Shown in pieces: positions 51,025 through 58,059 of a stretch of 64,000 bases of DNA. The notes beneath the pieces are model-generated. The model searched no databases, was not told where the DNA came from, and was given only the letters and a program-made list of their open reading frames with translations. Every line of letters begins with the position of its first letter. Position 1 is the stretch's first letter. The DNA lies in NCBI GenBank assembly GCA_020054095.1, contig JAGVMA010000025.1, forward strand, positions 18,321 to 82,320. The letters run 5' to 3'. Source of the stretch: Bacteroidia bacterium (GTDB lineage Bacteria > Bacteroidota > Bacteroidia > JADZBD01). A program made the position numbers and the translations under genes.

Positions 51025-51456
51025 TTAAAAAGAAATTTCGTTACTCAATTCGTTTTCGTCATTCTCTTGCAGCGGAAAATATTTTTTTAGTTGAACACCT
51101 GCACTTATAATGGCGAGAATAAGCCCATCGGTAAAATTCCCTTTGGCAAAATCTTCTTCCATTTTGTTTTTTATCAAGTCCCAAAAATCGGCAGGCACTT
51201 TGCTGTTTATGTCTTCATCGCTCCACACTGCAAATTTTTTATCTTTTACTGCAATAAAAAAAAGTACCCCGTTGCGCTGGGCTGTATTGTGCATGCCTAA
51301 TTTAGAAAACAGCATTTTAGTTTCTTCAAGCGCATCGCCATTACACCTGTTTTCAACGTGCACACGTATCTCGCCCGATGTGTTTCGCTCAGCTTGGGTA
51401 ATTTCAAATTTTATTTTTTGCTTTTGTTCTAAACTAAAAAAATTGGCTGCCGACAT
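51025..51456 (-). CDS. TPM-domain protein (cytoplasmic/short form)
   Basis: GEIRVHVE...VLFFIAVKDKKFAVW pattern of the TPM/DUF477 family. Confidence 0.6.
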   Translation of the reverse strand: MSAANFFSLEQKQKIKFEITQAERNTSGEIRVHVENRCNGDALEETKMLFSKLGMHNTAQRNGVLFFIAVKDKKFAVWSDEDINSKVPADFWDLIKNKMEEDFAKGNFTDGLILAIISAGVQLKKYFPLQENDENELSNEISF

Positions 51457-52061
51457 TATTTTTTATTGAAATCGAATTTCACATCCGGAGCTTTATCGGC
51501 ACCTTCTTGCATTTTAAAGTATTCTCGTTTCTCAAAATGAAAAATACCCGACCAAATATTACGCGGAAACAGTTGAATAAAAGTGTTGTATTCTTGCACC
51601 ACATCGTTAAACTTTTTACGCTCGTTGGCTATTTTGTTTTCAGAATTTGAGAGTTCAACTCGCAAATCGCCAAAACCCTGGTTAGCTTTTAAATCGGGGT
51701 ACTGCTCCGATACAACCATTAATTTACTTAATGCCGAAGTTAATGAACCTTGCGCCTGCTCAAATTTTTGCAATTGCTCGGCATCTAATTTACTTGCATC
51801 AATTGTAATTTTAGTGGCATTAGCACGTGCATTTATAACAGCTTCGAGAGTTGATTTTTCAAAATCGGCATAACCTTGCACGGTGGAAACCAAATTGGGA
51901 ATTAAATCCATTCTGCGTTGGTAAACATTTTCTACTTGCTGCCATTGCGAAGTAACGCCTTCATTTTTCTTTACCATGCTGTTATACGAACTGCAACCAT
52001 TCATAAGGGCAATAGCAATAAATGCTACAAAAGCCCACATAATTATTTTTCCTGAATTCAT
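51456..52061 (-). CDS. LemA-family protein
   Basis: N-terminal TM then conserved LemA core (W..VEN.YQRR.DLIPNLV.TV.GYA.FE..TL..V..AR). Confidence 0.85.
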   Translation of the reverse strand: MNSGKIIMWAFVAFIAIALMNGCSSYNSMVKKNEGVTSQWQQVENVYQRRMDLIPNLVSTVQGYADFEKSTLEAVINARANATKITIDASKLDAEQLQKFEQAQGSLTSALSKLMVVSEQYPDLKANQGFGDLRVELSNSENKIANERKKFNDVVQEYNTFIQLFPRNIWSGIFHFEKREYFKMQEGADKAPDVKFDFNKK

Positions 52062-52179
52062 TTTTTGTTTTTTGGTTTGTAAAGTTAAATCAATTTTTAG
52101 TCCTATTTAATATAAATGACAGCGTGTCATTTATACCTGACGATTAGAAAGCAGGAATATGACAAAGAATTAGAAAAAA

Positions 52180-54063
52180 CTATTTGCGATATTTTTTTAA
52201 CAACACCGCCATTTGGTTTGATTTCTCAATGTTACCAACCGCTTTGTAGCAAATCATCAGGTTATTAATCACATCGGCATTGTTTTGGTGATTAGCAAAA
52301 AACTTTTCGTAAAACAAAATAGCTTGTTGCATATCGTTTAAGTATTGGTTAATCAAGCCCATTTTAAAATTCAAATCCATAAAATTGCCATCAATACCAA
52401 CTGCTTTGCTCCAGTATTCTTTTGCTTTGGGGTAATCTTTTTTCACATAATAGGCAACTCCTAAATTATAAACGCTATTGATGTATTTGGGGTTAAGCGC
52501 AAATGAACTGAGGTAAAAAGAATCGCGCGATGCTTCTTTGTTTTGATAGTTTAGAACCACTGCCAAATTATAATGATCGAGGTATTGCTTGCTCCAAATA
52601 GAAATTGCCTTGCGAAACAGTCCTTCCGATTCGAGTAAATACTGTTTTTTAAGATTAGGATCTTTTTCCTGCTCGGCTTTTTTTAACACTTCCCATGCGT
52701 AAGCCGAATTAGTACGATAGGAATTAGGCGATGCTTCGGCACCAGATTTAAACAAGGTGTAATTTGTTTGCCAATCATAGTTTCGGTTGTAAGTCATTAT
52801 TGAAAAAATAAAAACCACCGGAATTATAATTGCAAAAACAGTGGTGCTTTGTTTTAATTCGTTGCCCGATGATAAATACTTCAAAAGGAAATATGCCACC
52901 ATTACGCAAAATGCAATGGATGGAATAAACAAAAATCGTTCGGCCATAACAGCTGATATTAAAACAAATGCATTGGATGTGAGCGCAATAGTGGCGAAGT
53001 AAAACAAAATAAAATACGATCCTATTTTTCGCGCTTTCAATCCCTTTAATGCAAAAAATGCAAGTGCGCCATGGATAAGCAAGGATGCAATAACAAATAG
53101 ATTAGAAAATTGTTGCAGCGGAATTTGGTTGTAGCCATAATCCCAAGTTAATGGTATTGGATAAAAAAACATTTTTATATTTTGGAGTAAAACATAAAAA
53201 ATAGTTGCAAATTTTTCACCGAGACCACTGGCTTCAACAAGGGTATTGTTGATTACCGGCATAAATCCTTTGTTTGCATCTAACACATTATAACGAGCAT
53301 AGAGATAGACAAAAGCGCATACTGCAAGGCCCCAAGTGCAGTTAAGCACCTGCTTAAAATTCATGCTACGAAAAAAATATAACGCGAGAGGAATTAAAAC
53401 TACAAAAACTATTGAACCCTCTTTAGAAAATGATGCACAAAGAAAAAAGAGATTGGCAAAAACCAATCGGTTTGCATTTCTACCATCAATGTATTGCAGA
53501 AAAAAAAATACAGATGATAATAAAAATGTCAAGCTCAATAATTCATCACGACTTTTAATAAACGCTGCTACTTCGGTGTGCAGCGGATGCGCAGCAAATA
53601 ATAACGTGGCTACGAATGGTAGTAATGGATGATAGTTATTAAGCAATTGTGTTAAAACAAAAAACAAAAGCAAACAGCATAATCCATAAAGTGCAATGTG
53701 GGTTAATCGCTGGCCTTTGGGCGTAACAGTGGGAACACCGGGTTTCACTTTCATTTTATAAAAATCGTATTCAAAAGCATAAGTGGCCATTGTAAGCGGC
53801 CGGTAAGTACCGTAGTTTTCTTTTGTTGCCCCATAAACCGATGACTCTTTAAAAAACTGTTTCATGCCTTTGTAACCCATTCTTGTGGTGGCGTTATCGG
53901 TAATCACAGCACCATCGTCCATCACATATCCATTATCAATTGTATTAGAATAAAGCAAACAAGCAAATGCAAAAATAAGCCATGGCATCCACTTGTGCTT
54001 TTGCTTTGCAACGGTGGCTTGCGCTGATTGATTTTTATTCTGATTTTTTTTGTTTTTGCTCAC
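52180..54063 (-). CDS. TMTC-like membrane protein (DUF1736-type polytopic N-domain plus C-terminal TPR repeats)
   Basis: N-terminus with YRPLT motif and about 10 TM. C-terminal about 200 aa of TPR units. Confidence 0.55.
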   Translation of the reverse strand: MSKNKKNQNKNQSAQATVAKQKHKWMPWLIFAFACLLYSNTIDNGYVMDDGAVITDNATTRMGYKGMKQFFKESSVYGATKENYGTYRPLTMATYAFEYDFYKMKVKPGVPTVTPKGQRLTHIALYGLCCLLLFFVLTQLLNNYHPLLPFVATLLFAAHPLHTEVAAFIKSRDELLSLTFLLSSVFFFLQYIDGRNANRLVFANLFFLCASFSKEGSIVFVVLIPLALYFFRSMNFKQVLNCTWGLAVCAFVYLYARYNVLDANKGFMPVINNTLVEASGLGEKFATIFYVLLQNIKMFFYPIPLTWDYGYNQIPLQQFSNLFVIASLLIHGALAFFALKGLKARKIGSYFILFYFATIALTSNAFVLISAVMAERFLFIPSIAFCVMVAYFLLKYLSSGNELKQSTTVFAIIIPVVFIFSIMTYNRNYDWQTNYTLFKSGAEASPNSYRTNSAYAWEVLKKAEQEKDPNLKKQYLLESEGLFRKAISIWSKQYLDHYNLAVVLNYQNKEASRDSFYLSSFALNPKYINSVYNLGVAYYVKKDYPKAKEYWSKAVGIDGNFMDLNFKMGLINQYLNDMQQAILFYEKFFANHQNNADVINNLMICYKAVGNIEKSNQMAVLLKKYRK

Positions 54064-54087
54064 AGCGTAAAAATATAAAATTAGGTA

Positions 54088-55299
54088 TTAGCTTTTTCTC
54101 ATTTTAGCCATGTAAAATCCATCAAATCCCTGCGAAGGCATTATAATGCGCTCATCTAAAAATTGAAATTGCTGATGTGCTGCCAAAAACTGTTTTACCT
54201 GATTTGCGTTTTCGGATGGAAGGATGCTGCAAGTGCTGTAAATAAGCAGCCCGTCTTTTTTTAGCATGGTGCTGTAATCGGTTAAAATTTGCTGTTGCTT
54301 GGCACGCACCTCATCAATAAATGTGGCAGATAATTTCCATTTCGCATCGGGGTTGCGCTTTAGTACGCCCAACCCCGAACAAGGTACATCGAGCAATAAT
54401 CTATCTGCGCTGTTCTCTAATCTCTTCAAGGCTTTAGCGCCATCTAATATTCTGGTTTCTATATTTTGAGCATTGGCACGGGCAGCTCGTTTTTTTAGTT
54501 CGTTAAGTTTCCACTGCTCCACATCAAGTGCAACTATTTTCCCCTTGTTTTGCATGAGTGCTGATAAGTGAAGTGTTTTCCCGCCTGCTCCGGCACAAGC
54601 ATCAATCACTCGCATGCCTGGTTTTACATCAGCAAAAATGCCCACCTCTTGCGATGATGCGTCTTGCACTTCAAAGTATCCCTGCTTAAACTCCGGTAGT
54701 CTAAAAACATTTTGGCGCTCGGCTAAAACAAGCGCATCGCTATCATCGCCATTCAAAGATTGAAACATAGATGCTTCTACGCCATGCTGCCTAAGTAAAA
54801 CTTTTAATTGCTTGGCAGATGTTTTAATCGTATTGGCTCGCAAAACCACTGCAGCTGAGGTATTGAGTGCTGCCATTTCTTTTTCCCACACTCGTTCGCC
54901 TAATTCATCGGTTGCAATTTTATCCATCCAGTCCGGAATACTTTCGCGTGTGGTGCGATATTGAAGAAGTTTACTAAGTCGCTCGGCAATTTTATTTGTG
55001 TTTATGTTTTCGATAAACGGAGGTAACGAGTAATTTTTCCAAACGCACCAAGCGGCAAATACTTTACGAAAATCGGCATCTGTAAACTTTTCTGCCTCAG
55101 CAGCTTTAGCCAATAATCGCCACCAGCGAATAATATCGTAAGTAGTTTCGGCTACAAAGCGCCTATCGCGCCCACCCCAGCGCGGGTTAGATTTCAGGTG
55201 ATATTCTATTGTTTTATCAGCGTAACGCTTGTGTTCAAATACCTGCACAAGTATTTCAACCACCGCATTTACCAAATTCCGATGAAAGCGTATTTCCAT
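54088..55299 (-). CDS. 16S rRNA (cytosine-C5) methyltransferase, RsmB/Sun (NOL1/NOP2) family
   Basis: VIDACAGAGGKT (SAM) and DVPCSGLGV...PD (catalytic Cys) motifs. Confidence 0.8.
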   Translation of the reverse strand: MEIRFHRNLVNAVVEILVQVFEHKRYADKTIEYHLKSNPRWGGRDRRFVAETTYDIIRWWRLLAKAAEAEKFTDADFRKVFAAWCVWKNYSLPPFIENINTNKIAERLSKLLQYRTTRESIPDWMDKIATDELGERVWEKEMAALNTSAAVVLRANTIKTSAKQLKVLLRQHGVEASMFQSLNGDDSDALVLAERQNVFRLPEFKQGYFEVQDASSQEVGIFADVKPGMRVIDACAGAGGKTLHLSALMQNKGKIVALDVEQWKLNELKKRAARANAQNIETRILDGAKALKRLENSADRLLLDVPCSGLGVLKRNPDAKWKLSATFIDEVRAKQQQILTDYSTMLKKDGLLIYSTCSILPSENANQVKQFLAAHQQFQFLDERIIMPSQGFDGFYMAKMRKS

Positions 55300-55440
55300 A
55301 AATGGCGAAAGTACCGATTTTTCGGGTTACGGGTTGCGAGTTACTTGTTGCGAGTTATGGATTACGTTTACTGACACGATAATCCTTTTACTTTGTACTT
55401 TGTACTTTGTACTTAATACTAAATACTCAGTACATAATAA

Positions 55441-55614
55441 TTAATTCACCAGTGTCGTAAATAAGGTCCCTTTTTCCGATTTAGTAACTTTTAGCGCTTT
55501 TGAGTAAGCCAGTATGTTGCTGATAACCGATGGAGAAGGCAATAATTGCTCTTCCTTTTTTGCTTTTTTTTCGGTTTTTACTGATGTGGTGGTTTGAGTA
55601 GAGATTTTTTGCAT
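55441..55614 (-). CDS. Small hypothetical ORF (57 aa) immediately downstream of the ECF sigma gene
   Basis: Own translation MQKISTQTTTSVKTEKKAKKEEQLLPSPSVISNILAYSKALKVTKSEKGTLFTTLVN. No motif recognised. Confidence 0.25.
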   Translation of the reverse strand: MQKISTQTTTSVKTEKKAKKEEQLLPSPSVISNILAYSKALKVTKSEKGTLFTTLVN

Positions 55615-55728
55615 AGGCAATTTTTAGTGTTTTTACACTATGCTAACGGCACGATTATGAAAATATTGTGTGCCAACTAAAAATAGTTTATTAACAGGTT
55701 TTAACCCCAAGGTGAAAAAAGGCAAAAA

Positions 55729-56358
55729 CTACTGTCCCACCTGCTGCAATCGCTTTAATTCATCATTAAGCACAATGCTGGTTTTAGCCATTTTCTTCAA
55801 ACTCATTAAAGCATAATGCATGCGGCCAAGTGCCGTGTTTACGTTAAGGTTAAACATTTCGCCTATTTCGCGATACGACATGCCAAAGTAAATGTGGAGA
55901 ATCACTATTTGCCTTTGTTCTTTGGGCAATAGTTTTACCATTTGCCTTAATTCGCGCATCTCTTCTTGTGCTTCCCATTTATTCACATGGTTAGCTCCTT
56001 CTATATCTAAAACCGAGAAAATGTCTTTTTCTTCGCCACCATTTTTACTGCTAACATGCGATACCGATGGCATTTTACGCGATTCGCGGTAATGATCAAC
56101 AAAAATATTGTAAGCTATCCGCAATACCCAATGCACAAAGCGGCCTTCATCGGCATATTTGCCTTCTTTTATTTTTTGCACCACTTTAAAAAATGTATCC
56201 TGAAAAAGGTCATCGGCTAATTGCCTGTCTTTTACAAGTTTCATTATGTATCCAAATACATTGCTTTGATGCCTGGCAATTAAATGAGCTATTGCCGTTT
56301 CGTCACCTTTTACGTAACGCTTAACCAGCTGGTTGTCAGTAACTTGCTTATCTTTCAT
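55729..56358 (-). CDS. ECF-type RNA polymerase sigma-70 family factor
   Basis: Region 2 (FVHWVLRIAYNIFVDHYR) and region 4 (SYREIGEMFNLNVNTALGRMHYAL). Confidence 0.8.
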   Translation of the reverse strand: MKDKQVTDNQLVKRYVKGDETAIAHLIARHQSNVFGYIMKLVKDRQLADDLFQDTFFKVVQKIKEGKYADEGRFVHWVLRIAYNIFVDHYRESRKMPSVSHVSSKNGGEEKDIFSVLDIEGANHVNKWEAQEEMRELRQMVKLLPKEQRQIVILHIYFGMSYREIGEMFNLNVNTALGRMHYALMSLKKMAKTSIVLNDELKRLQQVGQ

Positions 56359-56626
56359 GCAAATTTACGCTTTAAGTCCGTAACCAATTGGGCGCAATGC
56401 CAATAGCAGCGGAGTTGTTTAACAAAATTTAATTAAAACTTAAGCGTAAAAATTTGTTCGATATGGGTTGTTTTACATTTAACGTATGGCTAAATGGGGT
56501 GTAGCCGTTCTTTGTTTGTAAATAGACTATGATTTAGTAAAAAGGTTGCTTATACGTTATTGTTTTTTTTGTTTGAGCAGGACAAAAATAGGGATTGTAT
56601 TCAATTATGCAAATATTGTGTGCAAT

Positions 56627-56675
56627 AAAAAAGCGGCATTCACTTTTACATGAAAGGCCGCTTTTTAGTCTTAAT
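56627..56675 (-). terminator. Rho-independent terminator downstream of rplI
   Basis: Minus strand agcggcc...ggccgct hairpin followed by ttttttatt. Confidence 0.6.
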
Positions 56676-56681
56676 GCTCAA

Positions 56682-57128
56682 TTATTCGGCTACCACCTCA
56701 AATTGAAGTTTAACTATCACTTCTTTGTGCAAACGCAGTGAAGCATCGTAAGTGCCAAGCGTTTTAATTGACTCTTCGTTCATAGTAATGTTTTTTCTAT
56801 CAACGGTAACGCCTTGCTTAGCTAATGCCTCGGCTAACTGCAATGCGTTAACCGAACCGAATATTTTACCCGAATCGCCAACTTTTGCAGTTACTTTCAC
56901 TGCTTTTGATTGCAATGTTTCTGCTATAGCTTGTGCATCTTTTTTAAGTTTTTCTTCTTTATGAGCACGTTGCTTTAAAAGTTCGGTAAGTGCTTTTTTC
57001 TTTGATGCATCGGCAGCAGTTGCTAAACCGCGAGGTATCAAAAAATTGCGTGCATAACCCGGCTTCACTTTTACAAGCTCATCTTTGTAGCCTAAGTTTT
57101 TCACATCTTGTTTTAATATAATTTCCAT
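56682..57128 (-). CDS. rplI: 50S ribosomal protein L9
   Basis: MEIILKQDVKNLGYKDELVKVKPGYARNFLIPRGLA. Confidence 0.9.
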   Translation of the reverse strand: MEIILKQDVKNLGYKDELVKVKPGYARNFLIPRGLATAADASKKKALTELLKQRAHKEEKLKKDAQAIAETLQSKAVKVTAKVGDSGKIFGSVNALQLAEALAKQGVTVDRKNITMNEESIKTLGTYDASLRLHKEVIVKLQFEVVAE

Positions 57129-57155
57129 TGTACTATTTTTTTAGTAGTTAATTTT

Positions 57156-57422
57156 TTATTTCATTAAATCGGCCACATAAGGCATTAAAGCCAAATGGCG
57201 TGAACGCTTAACGGCTTGCGCCACTTTGCGCTGGTATTTTAATGAAGTTCCGGTTAATCTGCGAGGTAAAAGTTTGCCTTGCTCGTTAACAAATTTCAAT
57301 AAAAAGTTAGGGTCTTTGTAATCAATATACTTGATACCGCTTTTTTTAAAGCGGCAGTATTTTTTCTTTTTAACCTCGGCCGTTGGCGGGTTTAAGTATC
57401 TTATTTCTGATGCAGATGCCAT
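57156..57422 (-). CDS. rpsR: 30S ribosomal protein S18
   Basis: YIDYKD...LLKKF..E.GKI.PRR.TG......QR.LA.AIKRAR.LAL.PY. Confidence 0.9.
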   Translation of the reverse strand: MASASEIRYLNPPTAEVKKKKYCRFKKSGIKYIDYKDPNFLLKFVNEQGKLLPRRLTGTSLKYQRKVAQAVKRSRHLALMPYVADLMK

Positions 57423-57442
57423 GTTTAAATAGAGTTTAAAAA

Positions 57443-57802
57443 TTAAGCGTTAGCCGCTTCTTTTTTGGTTTGTTTTGCTTTGTTTTTACGTTTTTCGGCA
57501 TACTCAATTGCATGCTTATCTAGCTTAAGCGTTAAGAAACGTAGGATGCGCTCATCGCGCTTGTATTCTACCTCTAATTTACTGATGGTTTCACCGGAAG
57601 CAGTAAATTGGAATAAATGGTAAAAACCTGTGCTTTTCTTTTGGATGGGGTAAGCCAGTTTTTTCAAGCCCCAATGCTCTTCATTCAGGATTTTTGCACC
57701 TGCATCTACAAGTAACTTTTTGTACTTGCTTACCGCCTCCTTTGCCTGCTCATCAGACAAAACGGGAGTTAAAATGAAGACGGTTTCATAGTTGTTTTGC
57801 AT
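57443..57802 (-). CDS. rpsF: 30S ribosomal protein S6
   Basis: YE.VFIL.P.LS...........K.....GA.I......G...LAY.I............F. Confidence 0.9.
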   Translation of the reverse strand: MQNNYETVFILTPVLSDEQAKEAVSKYKKLLVDAGAKILNEEHWGLKKLAYPIQKKSTGFYHLFQFTASGETISKLEVEYKRDERILRFLTLKLDKHAIEYAEKRKNKAKQTKKEAANA

Positions 57803-57855
57803 TTTACTTTTGTTTTTTATTGGTTATTAATTGTTTATCCCTTAAAAAAGGGATG

Positions 57856-57886
57856 CAAATGTAATAAAATTGGCATAACGAGCAAA
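57856..57886 (-). promoter_or_regulatory. Bacteroidetes sigma-A-type promoter of the rpsF-rpsR-rplI operon (TTTG-N19-TAcaTTTG)
   Basis: Minus strand atatTTGctcgttatgccaattttatTAcaTTTGcatccc. Spacing and motifs fit TTTG/TAnnTTTG. 5'-proximal hairpin atccctttttt aagggat follows. Confidence 0.45.
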
Positions 57887-58034
57887 TATTGTTTTGTTCT
57901 TTTTGGGACATTTAAAAGAATTATCTTTTAGCTAATTCAATCAATAATTTTACTCGCACTATCGTATAAAAAGTATTTTTCAACATATTGCCCTACTTAT
58001 GCCGAAGCACAGCAATTTTCTTGGCTTGGTATTG

Positions 58035-58043
58035 TATATTTGG
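58035..58043 (+). promoter_or_regulatory. Candidate -7 box (TAtaTTTG) upstream of the Type IIL RM gene
   Basis: gtaTAtaTTTGgaaac, 17 nt upstream of ATG 58060. Weak -33 TTG. Confidence 0.3.
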
Positions 58044-58059
58044 AAACTTTTATAGCAAT

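Noticed and set aside
57988-58059. TTG-initiated N-terminal extension of the RM gene (MPYLCRSTAIFLAWYCIFGNFYSN)
   Set aside because: The extension overlaps the candidate TAtaTTTG promoter box. Family N-termini begin near MTKEQAKA. ATG 58060 preferred.
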